NCBI GenBank assembly: GCA_039831575.1
Contig: JBDONA010001078.1
Span: 135-64,134, forward strand
Origin: Fuerstiella sp.
GTDB lineage: Bacteria > Planctomycetota > Planctomycetia > Planctomycetales > Planctomycetaceae
Reading direction: 5' to 3'
Length of the DNA: 64,000 bases
This document shows, in pieces, positions 1 through 9,298 of the stretch. Positions within the stretch are counted from its first letter, which is position 1; every line of letters starts with the position of its first letter. The position numbers and the translations under genes are program-made. The notes beneath the pieces are model-generated. The model had not been told where the DNA came from, searched no databases, and saw only the letters and a program-made list of their open reading frames with translations.

Positions 1-149
1 GGCAGTGTCTGACGTTCGTGAACCGTCAGAGAAAGGTAACCGCCGATTGCCAGCTGAGCGAGCAACGCTGGTGTCAGCCATGATCGCTCTTCATCGGAGA
101 GAGTTTCCCCCTCAAGCACTCTCATCGCGATGAGACTGGGATTGGGCAT
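1..149 (-). CDS. hypothetical protein, N-terminal 49 codons only (gene continues past the left edge)
   Basis: Own reverse-strand translation: ATG at 149-147, then an open frame to position 1 (MPNPSLIAMRVLEGETLSDEERSWLTPALLAQLAIGGYLSLTVHERQTL). It is truncated, so it is absent from the ORF track. No family assignable. Confidence 0.3.
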   Translation of the reverse strand, partial: MPNPSLIAMRVLEGETLSDEERSWLTPALLAQLAIGGYLSLTVHERQTL

Positions 150-776
150 AAGTTGTCCTTTAACGTGTCAATTGTGAAGGGGTGGGTGCGGGTTGTGATG
201 GGATATTCGTCGGCGGTGGCAGGAATGCGACAGACGCTGACTTAATGTGGCACGGCCACCAGAGAAAATGGAGTTACCGATCGAAATCCACTCGTCCGCT
301 CCTGTTCGTCGGTACGAATACGGGCAGAAAACGGATAGGTATTTTTCCGAAAAACTCCAAGCCGAATGACAGGCTGACAATTGCGATACCATACCATGTG
401 TTTGCTGTAGTGCAATTCAGCCGCGAGCAGACGATGTACCAATCAATATATTGCCGGGAACCCCGGCTGTGGGCGATTTCGATTCGTCTGAATTTGAGAA
501 CCCGATTTACTGCGGCCAGGTTCGAAGTGTGAATTAGACGAAAATGTCAGGAAAACACAACACTTAATGACTCCCGGCTTCTGTTTTTTTCCTCGATATG
601 AGGTTCTCCGTGTTTCTGAACTGTTGCCTGGGGCGTCAAGCTGTGTGTCGTAAAACAGGTTGTCGTGTGCATCATGTTTTCTGCGGGCGTTCTCGGGCGC
701 CAATGTCCAACTGGTGTCCCGCTGTGGGAGAAGTTGCTTTCACGGGTGACAGGCTGAAATATTAAGGAAGCCAGGT

Positions 777-2165
777 ATGTTACGGCTGTTGATGGCTGTT
801 CATTGGTTGGTCTGCGGCGATGCCGCCGTTGCTGGTTCAGCAAGGCTTAATGTTCTATTCATTGCCGTTGACGATCTGAACACACGCCTTGGTTGTTACG
901 GGTACAAACACGTTTCTTCGCCGAACATCGATCGACTGGCGACGTGCGGGGTAAGCTTTCAGCGAGCCTACTGCCAGTATCCGTCGTGCGGTCCGTCGCG
1001 CGCGTCCGTGTTGACGGGGCTACGGCCCGGATCCACGCAGGTTCTCAGCAACAAGGTTCATTTTCGGGATTCAGTTCCTGATGCCGTCACGCTGCCTCAG
1101 CTGTTTCGCAGGAATGGCTATTTTGTGGCGAGAGTTGGCAAGATTTTCCACCAGGCAAACCCAACTCACATTGGGACCAGCGGTCCCGACGATCCGGCGT
1201 CGTGGGATCAGGTGGTCAATCCACGTGGCCGAGACAAAGATGAAGAGGATCTGCTGACGGTTTACACACCCCAGCTTCCATTGCCGGACCAAATGTGTTT
1301 TCTGAAGGCGGCTGGTGACGACGCCGAACAAACGGACGGCAAAGTCGCGGATGAAACGATTCGTTTATTGAAACGGCATCAGGACAAACCATTCTTCATC
1401 GCGGCTGGGTTTTACCGTCCCCACATTCCGTACATTGCACCGCAGAAGTACTTCGATCTTTACGACTATGACAGAACGCCGTTGCCGTTTGTCCCGCTGG
1501 ATTACCGAAACCTGGTGCCATCCGCCTCTCTGGCATCGACTCCTGAATGGCCAAACTTCGGCACGACGGAACGACAGGCACGCGAATGCATCCTTGCCTA
1601 CGACGCCTGCGTTTCGTTTGTCGACGCTCAGGTTGGCCGACTGTTGAAAGCGGTTGACGACCTGGGGTTGGCTGATAACACCGTGGTGGTTCTTTGGGGC
1701 GATCACGGCTATCACCTCGGCGAACACGGCTTGTGGCGTAAGAACAGTCTCTATGAAGAATCTGCACGAGCACCGCTGATTTTTGTCGGGCCGGGCATTG
1801 CTCCTGCGTCTCACAAGTGTCAGGCCATCGTTGAGTTTGTCGACATTTATCCCACGGTCGCCGACCTCGTCGGCCTTGCTCCGCCCGACAAACTTGAGGG
1901 CCGTAGTCTGACACCACTGCTGCGGAATCCAAACGCAGTCTGGAGCCACGCAGCTTTCACTGAAACACACTTCCGAGATGTGTCCGGGAAAGCCATTCGC
2001 ACCACTCGCTGGCGTTGTGTGGAGTGGGGCGACATCGGACAAAAGGGTCTGGAACTGTACGACGAAATCGCAGACCCTTTCGAAATGAACAACCTTGCCA
2101 CGAATCCGCAGCATTCTCAAACGCTCACTCAATTGCGGAAACGTATTGGAGATCATTGGAAGTGA
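777..2165 (+). CDS. type I (formylglycine) sulfatase, iduronate-2-sulfatase-like
   Basis: ATG 777 preceded by AAGGAAG. Hydrophobic leader. 'NVLFIAVDDLN' followed by the C-x-P-S-R signature in 'YPSCGPSRASVLTG'. 'LWGDHGYHLGEHG' block. Confidence 0.9.
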   Translation: MLRLLMAVHWLVCGDAAVAGSARLNVLFIAVDDLNTRLGCYGYKHVSSPNIDRLATCGVSFQRAYCQYPSCGPSRASVLTGLRPGSTQVLSNKVHFRDSVPDAVTLPQLFRRNGYFVARVGKIFHQANPTHIGTSGPDDPASWDQVVNPRGRDKDEEDLLTVYTPQLPLPDQMCFLKAAGDDAEQTDGKVADETIRLLKRHQDKPFFIAAGFYRPHIPYIAPQKYFDLYDYDRTPLPFVPLDYRNLVPSASLASTPEWPNFGTTERQARECILAYDACVSFVDAQVGRLLKAVDDLGLADNTVVVLWGDHGYHLGEHGLWRKNSLYEESARAPLIFVGPGIAPASHKCQAIVEFVDIYPTVADLVGLAPPDKLEGRSLTPLLRNPNAVWSHAAFTETHFRDVSGKAIRTTRWRCVEWGDIGQKGLELYDEIADPFEMNNLATNPQHSQTLTQLRKRIGDHWK

Positions 2166-2380
2166 TCCGGATTTGCTCCACGATTGACCAGACGACGTTC
2201 GAATCACCGGGGCGTCGATTCGTCTGCGTTAGTCGCCAGTCGCTTGATGGGCGAGGAAACCTGTTGTCGTCACGGTCGTGTGCTTCGGAAATCGTTCGGC
2301 TCAGTTGCACCCGGCATTGGAGTTCGTGAGACTAGACGGTTGATCGCCTGCCCTCCGACTTCCTTGCCCTGGACTCAGCA

Positions 2381-5296
2381 ATGGTCGCCTTGCCGTTTTT
2401 TCCCCGCTCTGCCTTTGCCGCTTCGGCAATACTGTGCGTTATGCTTCCCATGACCGCCCTGCCTGAAGACCTCCAGCTAAGTCTTCGAATTCAGCAGGAA
2501 ACGAGTCTGCATAGCGGTCGGTTTCATCAGTTGACTCGTGATGAAGTGTGGCAGCCGGAAGAAACAGCGATCATCGTTTGTGACGTGTGGGATCTGCACC
2601 ACTGCCTCAACGCAGTGCGACGTCTTGAGGAATTTGTGCCTCGGTTGAACGACGTGTTGACGAAAGCTCGCGAACAGGGTGTGACGATCATTCATTCGCC
2701 CAGTGATTGCATGCCCGCGTATGCGGACCACCCGGCTCGCCAACGTGCCGTCGCAGCGCCGAATGCTGCGTTTATTCCCTATGAATGCGAAGCATGGTGT
2801 TCGGTGGTGCCGGCGGAAGAACGAGCCGTCTATCCCATCGATCAATCTTACGGCGGCGAAGACGATGATCCGGAGGAACACGCGGAATGGGCCGCCAAAC
2901 TGAAAGCGATGGGCCGCAATCCGGGTCTGCCGTGGGCGAAGCAATCCGACATGCTCACCATCGATGCAGAACGGGACTTCATCAGTGACAAAGGCGATGA
3001 GGTGTGGAATGTGCTGCAGCAGAAAGGCATTCGCAACGTCATTCTCACCGGCGTGCACACGAACATGTGCGTGCTCGGCCGCCCGTTCGGGCTGCGGCAA
3101 ATGGCTCGCAACGGCAAAAACGTTGTACTGATGCGAGACATGACCGATACGATGTACAACCCCCAACGCTGGCCTTACGTCAGCCACTTTACCGGGACCG
3201 ATTTAATTGTCTCATACATCGAACGATATGTGTGCCCGACAGTGACCAGCGATCAGATTCTGGGCGGCCAGGCATTTCACTTCAAGGGAGACGATCGACC
3301 TCATCTGGTGATGTTGATTGCCGAAGACGAATACCTGACCGAACAGACGCTGCCCCAATTCGCAGTGCCTCACCTGGGCCGTGAATTTCGTGTCACAACT
3401 GTATTTGGCAGTGACCGCGAACGCCACAGCCTGCCGGGCATTGAAGCCGTCAAAGATGCGGACGTGTTGCTGGTGAGCATTCGGCGTCGAGTGCTTCCTG
3501 AAGCGGACATGGAGTTGATTCGTGACCATGTGAAGTCCGGCAAGCCGGTCGTGGGCATTCGGACGGCCAGTCACGCGTTCTCGTTGGGCGCAAACAAGAA
3601 GCCGCCGGAAGGATTTGCGGACTGGCCAGGCTTCGATGCCGAAGTCTTCGGTGGCAACTATCACGGTCACCACGGAAACAAGCTGAAGTCGACGGTCACC
3701 GCCGTGGGCGACCACGCGATTCTTGACGGCGTGCTGCAGAACAAGGCGACCAATCGGGGCGGTTCGCTGTATAAAACCTCACCGCTGGCGCAGGGAACGA
3801 CGATTCTGGCGACGGGCATGGTCGAAGGCGGACCACCTGAGCCGGTGACGTGGATCTTTTTGCGTGCAGACGGCGGGCGGTCGTTCTATTCATCGATGGG
3901 GCATGTTGATGATTTTGAGAACGACGATTTTACACGACTGCTGTACCAGGGTATCTGCTGGGCAGCGGGGATAACCCCCTCCACATCCCCAGTGCATAAC
4001 CATTGGTCGATTGTGGACGTGCCGACTTCTGCGGAATTCGATCTGCCGGGTCAGGCGGCAGACGTCTGGTATCGTTGTGCCGTCCGGCTGCCGGCCAATT
4101 GGACCGTAAAGAAGGCGATGTTGAAACTGACTCTGGATTCAGCCGGCGACGACGTCGACGCATGGCTTAACGGTCACAAGTCCTTCCTCCATAAGGTCAG
4201 TGTTGGGTCGGAAGTTGAGTTGGTTCTTCCGATCGACCACGTGCATACTGGTGACGCGAATCTGCTTGTGCTGCGAGTAGACGGATCAAAACAGCACGCA
4301 CTGCATACCGCTCCCGTGCTTTCATCGACAACCGAGAATGCCTTTAAATCACTGTCGCTCAATGGCCGCTGGCAGCGACGAAGGGGGCGTGACGCTGAGT
4401 TCGCAAACATCCCTCTTCCTGCGAAGTTTGGAGCGTCGGCAGATATCGTTTTCGCTCCGCAGGAACCGCTGTGGACTGCTCGACCTGTGACGCAACCTGG
4501 CGAATTCACCACCGGCATCGAAGGCCCCGCCTGCGATGGTCACGGCAATATCTTCGCCGTCAACTTTCAGAAACAGGGAACCATTGGTCGAGTGAGTCCG
4601 AATGGGTCTGCGGAAGTGTTTGTCACGCTGCCTGCGGGCAGCGTCGGTAATGGCATTCGCTTTGACAAAGATGGCAACTTTTTTGTCGCCGACTATCCGC
4701 AGCACAACATCCTGAAGGTGAACACCAGGACTCGTGAAATCACGACGTTTGCTCACAACGAGAAAATGAACCAACCCAATGACATTGCGATCGCACCAGA
4801 TGGAACGTTGTACGCCAGTGATCCGGCGTGGAAAGATGGTACGGGGCAACTGTGGCGAATTGACCTGGATGGCACCACCACGTTGCTTGTGCCGGACATG
4901 GGCACGACCAACGGAGTCGAAGTCAGTCCGGATGGCAACACGCTGTTCGTCAACGAATCTGTGCAACGCAACGTCTGGGCCTTTGATATTACCAGCGATC
5001 GTCTGCTTAAGAACAAACGGCTGATCCGCCAATTCAATGACCATGGCTTCGATGGGATGAGATGCGACGTCGATGGCAACCTTTACATTACTCGGCATGG
5101 GAAGGGCACGGTTGTGAAAATGACGCCGCATGGAGAAATTCTGCGGGAAGTCAACGTCCTGGGCACGAAGCCATCAAACCTTTGTTTTGGCGGGCCGGAC
5201 GGTTGCACGATTTATGTGACTGAAGTGGATGGAGGTCGTTTGGTCAGGTTTCGAGTTGACCGACCGGGAAGATCGTGGGCGGAACGACAGGAGTAA
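2381..5296 (+). CDS. four-domain fusion protein: isochorismatase-like cysteine hydrolase / ThuA-like / beta-sandwich / SMP-30-gluconolactonase-LRE-like propeller
   Basis: 971-aa ORF. aa ~60-290: 'IIVCDVWDLHHC...ILTGVHTNMCVLGRP' (Asp/Cys hydrolase pattern). aa ~305-530: 'HLVMLIAEDEY...FYSSMGHVDDFENDDFTRLLYQGICWAAG' (ThuA-like). aa ~540-640: beta-sandwich 'DVWYRCAVRLPANW...NLLVLRVDG'. aa ~700-965: repeated 'GNGIRFDKDGNFFVADY', 'PNDIAIAPDGTLYASD', 'TNGVEVSPDGNTLFVNE', 'FDGMRCDVDGNLYIT' (lactonase-type blades). Confidence 0.8.
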   Translation: MVALPFFPRSAFAASAILCVMLPMTALPEDLQLSLRIQQETSLHSGRFHQLTRDEVWQPEETAIIVCDVWDLHHCLNAVRRLEEFVPRLNDVLTKAREQGVTIIHSPSDCMPAYADHPARQRAVAAPNAAFIPYECEAWCSVVPAEERAVYPIDQSYGGEDDDPEEHAEWAAKLKAMGRNPGLPWAKQSDMLTIDAERDFISDKGDEVWNVLQQKGIRNVILTGVHTNMCVLGRPFGLRQMARNGKNVVLMRDMTDTMYNPQRWPYVSHFTGTDLIVSYIERYVCPTVTSDQILGGQAFHFKGDDRPHLVMLIAEDEYLTEQTLPQFAVPHLGREFRVTTVFGSDRERHSLPGIEAVKDADVLLVSIRRRVLPEADMELIRDHVKSGKPVVGIRTASHAFSLGANKKPPEGFADWPGFDAEVFGGNYHGHHGNKLKSTVTAVGDHAILDGVLQNKATNRGGSLYKTSPLAQGTTILATGMVEGGPPEPVTWIFLRADGGRSFYSSMGHVDDFENDDFTRLLYQGICWAAGITPSTSPVHNHWSIVDVPTSAEFDLPGQAADVWYRCAVRLPANWTVKKAMLKLTLDSAGDDVDAWLNGHKSFLHKVSVGSEVELVLPIDHVHTGDANLLVLRVDGSKQHALHTAPVLSSTTENAFKSLSLNGRWQRRRGRDAEFANIPLPAKFGASADIVFAPQEPLWTARPVTQPGEFTTGIEGPACDGHGNIFAVNFQKQGTIGRVSPNGSAEVFVTLPAGSVGNGIRFDKDGNFFVADYPQHNILKVNTRTREITTFAHNEKMNQPNDIAIAPDGTLYASDPAWKDGTGQLWRIDLDGTTTLLVPDMGTTNGVEVSPDGNTLFVNESVQRNVWAFDITSDRLLKNKRLIRQFNDHGFDGMRCDVDGNLYITRHGKGTVVKMTPHGEILREVNVLGTKPSNLCFGGPDGCTIYVTEVDGGRLVRFRVDRPGRSWAERQE

Positions 5297-5347
5297 CGAT
5301 CAATTCCAGTGGACAGAAGGCTGTCGGCTGTTTCGGATGTTAGCGAG

Positions 5348-5421
5348 AGGGTCGGGAGTTTTTTTCGGATGACGGTCTATCCATGCCGAACACCACCCAT
5401 CCGAAAAAGACTCCCGACCCT
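5348..5421. repeat. 74-nt palindromic intergenic element, copy 1
   Basis: Left arm AGGGTCGGGAGTTTTTTTCGG (5348-5368) pairs with right arm CCGAAAAAGACTCCCGACCCT (5401-5421). Same length, tips and spacer motif ACGGTCT as copy 2 at 6804-6879. Confidence 0.8.
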
Positions 5422-5446
5422 TTGCAATCTTCAAAGGACATAAACC

Positions 5447-6790
5447 ATGCCAATCTGGAAACGCCGTTCCTTTCTGGGCACTGCTGCAATCGTTCTTGCC
5501 GGTACCCTGCCCCGCAGTTTTGGTGATGATCGTCCACAGGTCACGAATCCCAGAGCTACGGACGGCGACGAACGTTCTGAACCGGATTGGAAACAGCGGC
5601 TGACGCTGACTGTCGGCACGAAATCCGGCGATCTGATCGGGACCGACGACAAGGTGATCCAGGCGGCGGTGGATTATGTCGCACGTCTTGGTGGCGGGAC
5701 CGTGCAACTGCTGCCGGGATCATTCACATTTCGCAATGCTGTCCACCTGCCGTCAAAGATCCGTCTCCTCGGCAGCGGAGATGACACCGTGATTACTCGT
5801 ACAGCGTCGGAAACAATCCCTTTGTCCGCCGATTCCGATTGGTACGATCAGGAAATCACGCTGGAAAAATTGGGCGACTTCAGGATCGGTGATGGCATTA
5901 CACTGATGGCGAAGAACCCGAGCAATGGCAGCAGTATTGTGATCAAACGCACGCTGCTGGCGCGCGCCGGCAATCGGTTCAAGCTCAGCGACGGACTCCG
6001 TAAAAACCTGTGGCTCAGTGGAAAGCCCACGTGCTCGTCGTTGTTCCCGCTGCTGACCAGCGAATACACCTCGGACGTTCTCATCGAAAACCTGACGCTC
6101 GACGGTAACAGGGCCAACTGTACAAATTTGAACGGCAATTACGGTGGCTGTATCTTTCTGCAGGACTGCAATCGTTACACCTTTCGGAAAGTGACGACTC
6201 GGAACTACAACGGCGATGGCATCAGTTTTCAGATCTGTCACGACGTTGTCGTTGAAGATTGCCACAGTCACGACAATGCCGACCTTGGCATTCACCCCGG
6301 ATCCGGTTCTCAGCGGCCGTTGATCAAAGGCAATAAACTTGAACGCAACAATCTTGGCCTGTTCTGGTGCTGGGGAGTCAAATACGGCCTCGCGGAAGAC
6401 AACGACATTGACGGCAACCGCAGTTACGGGATCTCTATCGGCCACTCCGACACGGACAACGTGATGCGCAATAACCGAATTCTGAATAGCGGCAAGGTCG
6501 GCATTCTGTTCCGCGACGATGCCCGAGGCGTCGATTTCTGGGCCAATCGCAATCTGATTCAGGACAACCGAATCGTCAACAGCGGTGGTGCGGACGGTGT
6601 TGGCATTGACATCACCGGCAGGACTAAGGACGTTCGCATCTTCGACAACGAAATTGTGGAAGACCGACAGCCCATGCAGCGGTCAGGCATTCGGATTGGC
6701 GCCGACGTGGGTACCGTGCACTTGCGTGATAACACTATCCGCGGATTCCAGAACGCTGTTGTTGACAGTCGTGGCAGTAAGCCTTCATGA
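5447..6790 (+). CDS. right-handed parallel beta-helix protein (pectate-lyase superfamily), Tat-type leader
   Basis: 'WKRRSFLGTAAIVLAG' leader. 'VIQAAVDYVARLGGGTVQLLPGSFTF' N-terminal cap. Many ~22-aa Asn/Asp/Gly-rich turns (for example 'NRILNSGKVGILF', 'DNRIVNSGGADGVGIDI'). Confidence 0.8.
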   Translation: MPIWKRRSFLGTAAIVLAGTLPRSFGDDRPQVTNPRATDGDERSEPDWKQRLTLTVGTKSGDLIGTDDKVIQAAVDYVARLGGGTVQLLPGSFTFRNAVHLPSKIRLLGSGDDTVITRTASETIPLSADSDWYDQEITLEKLGDFRIGDGITLMAKNPSNGSSIVIKRTLLARAGNRFKLSDGLRKNLWLSGKPTCSSLFPLLTSEYTSDVLIENLTLDGNRANCTNLNGNYGGCIFLQDCNRYTFRKVTTRNYNGDGISFQICHDVVVEDCHSHDNADLGIHPGSGSQRPLIKGNKLERNNLGLFWCWGVKYGLAEDNDIDGNRSYGISIGHSDTDNVMRNNRILNSGKVGILFRDDARGVDFWANRNLIQDNRIVNSGGADGVGIDITGRTKDVRIFDNEIVEDRQPMQRSGIRIGADVGTVHLRDNTIRGFQNAVVDSRGSKPS

Positions 6791-6803
6791 TGCGACGAAG
6801 GCA

Positions 6804-6879
6804 AAGGGTCGGAAGTCTTTTTCGGATCAACGGTCTTCGAGTTTGATCGGTCTCCACCCGAAAAAAACTCCCGACCCTC
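6804..6879. repeat. 74-nt palindromic intergenic element, copy 2
   Basis: AAGGGTCGGAAGTCTTTTTCGG ... CCGAAAAAAACTCCCGACCCTC, directly after the stop codon at 6788-6790. Both copies give 'KKTPDPL'/'KKTSDPL' peptides in spurious track ORFs. Confidence 0.8.
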
Positions 6880-6945
6880 TTGTTGACCCGGTTGCGTCGT
6901 TATCTGCTTGTCTTTCTGAATCCTTCGTCGAAACACTCTGAAGCC

Positions 6946-8286
6946 ATGAAAACTGTCCTGCTGAATATATTTTGCATACTGTGTGTTCCCTGCATGGTTC
7001 ACGCCGCCGACACGCCGAACATCATTCTGATCTTCGTCGATGATATGGGGTACGGCGACCTGGGCTGTTACGGAAACAGGATAATCAAGACGCCGAACAT
7101 CGATCGCCTTGCTGCCGAGGGGCAGCGGTGGACGAGTTTTTATGCATCGGGTTCAACATGTGTACCGAGTCGAAGAGGACTGATGACAGGCCGACATCCG
7201 GCTCTGCTGGGCAGGGAAAATCTTCAGAATTCCCGGGACCAATTGATGGCGGCAATGCTGAAACGGCAGGGTTACGCAACGGCGATTCTTGGTAAATGGC
7301 ACCTCGCCGGCTACCCTAAGGATTTCACGACGAGTCCCATGCACCCTCTTGAGTGTGGCTTCGATTATCACTTTGGCACACCGGGCAGCAATGACGTTCC
7401 CGCGCCAAAGGGAACGGTTCAAAATCGCCGACTGTTCGACACGTGCGACAAATTCACGTTTCAGGTGCCGCTGATTCGAGGCCGTGAAGTTGTTGAGTTT
7501 CCGGCGAACCAGGAATTGTTGACGTCGCGTTACACGACAGAGGCCGTAAAGTGGATCAAGACCAGGTCGAACGAGAGATTCTTTCTTTATCTCGCCCACA
7601 ACATGCCTCATGCGCCCGTCTTTGCTTCTGAACGGTTTCAGGGAAGGAGCGATTCCGGAAGGTATGGTGACGTCGTCGAAGAAATTGACTGGTCGGTTGG
7701 AGAGGTGATGAAGGCAGTGAACGAGGCAGGCATTGACGAGGAGACGTTGATCATTTTCACGAGCGACAATGGTCCATGGTCCATGTTTGAAGTCCACGGC
7801 GGGACCACGGGACCGTTGCGCGGCGAAAAAGGAACGTCGTGGGAAGGTGGCTTTCGTGTGCCCGGCATCTTTCGATGGCCAGGAAATATTGTTCCCGGAG
7901 AAGTCGACGACCTGGCAGCGAATCTTGATCTGTATGCAACGTTTGCAACCCTGGCTGGTGGAACCCAACCTCAGCAACTGAATGGATACATTTCGACGGA
8001 CCTGTCCGGTGTGCTGCTTCGTGGTGAAGCCAGTCGACGCACAGAATGGTTGTACGCGGGCGGAGCCACGGCATTTCGGTCCGGTGACTACAAGATTCAC
8101 CTCAGCACAAAATTGCGTTCGTCAAATCCGGACACGCGTAAGCGGGAACCGGTGACCAAACACGACCCTCCTTTGTTGTTTGATCTGTCCACGGATCTCA
8201 GCGAGCAGAAGAATATCGCGAGTGCTCACCCTGACACAGTTTTGCGGCTGCTAAAACGGATGGCGGCATTCCGCGAACACCGGTGA
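6946..8286 (+). CDS. arylsulfatase (type I, formylglycine-dependent)
   Basis: ATG 6946 begins signal peptide 'MKTVLLNIFCILCVPCMVHA'; the track ORF starts 22 codons earlier, inside the repeat element. 'NIILIFVDDMGYGDLGCYG'. C-x-P-S-R in 'GSTCVPSRRGLMTGRHP'. Confidence 0.9.
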   Translation: MKTVLLNIFCILCVPCMVHAADTPNIILIFVDDMGYGDLGCYGNRIIKTPNIDRLAAEGQRWTSFYASGSTCVPSRRGLMTGRHPALLGRENLQNSRDQLMAAMLKRQGYATAILGKWHLAGYPKDFTTSPMHPLECGFDYHFGTPGSNDVPAPKGTVQNRRLFDTCDKFTFQVPLIRGREVVEFPANQELLTSRYTTEAVKWIKTRSNERFFLYLAHNMPHAPVFASERFQGRSDSGRYGDVVEEIDWSVGEVMKAVNEAGIDEETLIIFTSDNGPWSMFEVHGGTTGPLRGEKGTSWEGGFRVPGIFRWPGNIVPGEVDDLAANLDLYATFATLAGGTQPQQLNGYISTDLSGVLLRGEASRRTEWLYAGGATAFRSGDYKIHLSTKLRSSNPDTRKREPVTKHDPPLLFDLSTDLSEQKNIASAHPDTVLRLLKRMAAFREHR

Positions 8287-8421
8287 TGTGGGGCGTGTGA
8301 CGGAACGATTGATGGTCTCCAGTGCCTGTTATTCACGAAGACTCCCGGCGACGCAGTTGTCTTTGATGGTGCGGGAAACGGCGGACCAGCGACTTGACCA
8401 TTGGTGCGTGTGCTCGGCGAC

Positions 8422-9057
8422 TTACATGGGGCTTCGCTGAGTATTGTCGCCGAAGCCGCCGTCGCCGACACCATCCGCACCAAGTCCCTTGGTTTTGGGT
8501 AACGGCGCTGAATTCGGTGGCGTGTCCGAATCTGCACCGGCGACCGGCCGACGGAGCCCTCGTTCACGTCGTTTCGCCAACGCCGTGGCATACTCCTGCA
8601 GCTCGGCCGCATCAAGTCCGCCATCCTTGTCTTTGTCAAAGGTGAGGGCAAATCGGAGGATCTGTTTTGGATCAACAGGGCTCCCGTCGCCGCTTGTGTT
8701 TAACTGCCTGCGACCCCTCGGTCCGGCACCTGTTCGGTTGCCTCTCCGCGGCTGCTTGTTCGTTTGTTGAGACTGTCGCGACGCCATTGCCGCGCGTTCG
8801 ATCGCAGAAAGTTCTGACGGGCTGAGGTTTCCGTCGCCATCTGTGTCGTGTCTGGTGAGCAGTGCCGCCAGGTCCCCGGGAAGTTCATTCTTCGAAAGCA
8901 GTCCGTCCGAGTTGCGGTCGAGCGACATCATGCGCCGCACGTAGGGCGACTGGTATTCCGAATCCGCAGCAGATTTCCCCGCTTGCCGCTGTTGAGCGAG
9001 TGACATCGTACAAATACTTCCGCAAACCATGCAATAGATTGATAAAGTCCTGACCAT
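8422..9057 (-). CDS. secreted EF-hand calcium-binding protein
   Basis: Signal-like N-terminus 'MVRTLSIYCMVCGSICTMSLAQ'. Three canonical EF loops: 'DRNSDGLLSKNEL', 'DTDGDGNLSPSEL', 'DKDKDGGLDAAEL'. Confidence 0.8.
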   Translation of the reverse strand: MVRTLSIYCMVCGSICTMSLAQQRQAGKSAADSEYQSPYVRRMMSLDRNSDGLLSKNELPGDLAALLTRHDTDGDGNLSPSELSAIERAAMASRQSQQTNKQPRRGNRTGAGPRGRRQLNTSGDGSPVDPKQILRFALTFDKDKDGGLDAAELQEYATALAKRRERGLRRPVAGADSDTPPNSAPLPKTKGLGADGVGDGGFGDNTQRSPM

Positions 9058-9114
9058 TAGTCGTGCTCCGCATCGATTGGATTGACATCCCGCCTGCTGA
9101 CCGCAACTATTCTA

Positions 9115-9264
9115 ACACGGCCGGTGTCTCAGACCACACGAGCTGACGCTCGCAACCAGGAACGGGACCCCATTGGTCGTTAAACCTGACTAATCGTCAA
9201 CAACTTCTCACAGTCTCACACGGCCGTTGCGTCAGATCACACGAGCTGACGCTCGGAACCCGGA
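9115..9264. repeat. pair of ~47-nt direct repeats, 103-nt period
   Basis: 9115-9161 ACACGGCCGGTGTCTCAGACCACACGAGCTGACGCTCGCAACCAGGA versus 9218-9264 ACACGGCCGTTGCGTCAGATCACACGAGCTGACGCTCGGAACCCGGA (41 of 47 identical by my alignment). Each copy contains the small hairpin CGAGC-TGAC-GCTCG. Confidence 0.75.
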
Positions 9265-9298
9265 GCTCGCAGAATAGGTACCGTAAGGCAGGGTATTG

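Noticed and set aside
150-776. 627-nt stretch upstream of the first sulfatase, checked for an IS remnant, pseudogene or riboswitch.
   Set aside because: It holds only short overlapping ORFs (66-116 aa) with no transposase or other motif I recognise. I saw no conserved riboswitch core sequences or terminal inverted repeats. It is left unannotated rather than called.
2197-2205. GTTCGAATC, a tRNA T-loop-like string in the intergenic region after the first sulfatase.
   Set aside because: The flanking bases do not form a 5-bp T-stem or an acceptor stem. It is part of a larger imperfect hairpin, not a tRNA. Other TTCGA[AG] strings (for example 44590 and 46777) fail the same test.
1365-2207. 280-aa ORF antisense to the first sulfatase. 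Similar cases occur at 7153-8100, 4349-5131, 43879-44811, 58720-59523 and 61444-62160.
   Set aside because: All lie opposite genes with clear family signatures, lack recognisable motifs, and have Arg/Ser/Cys-rich composition. I treated them as shadow ORFs.
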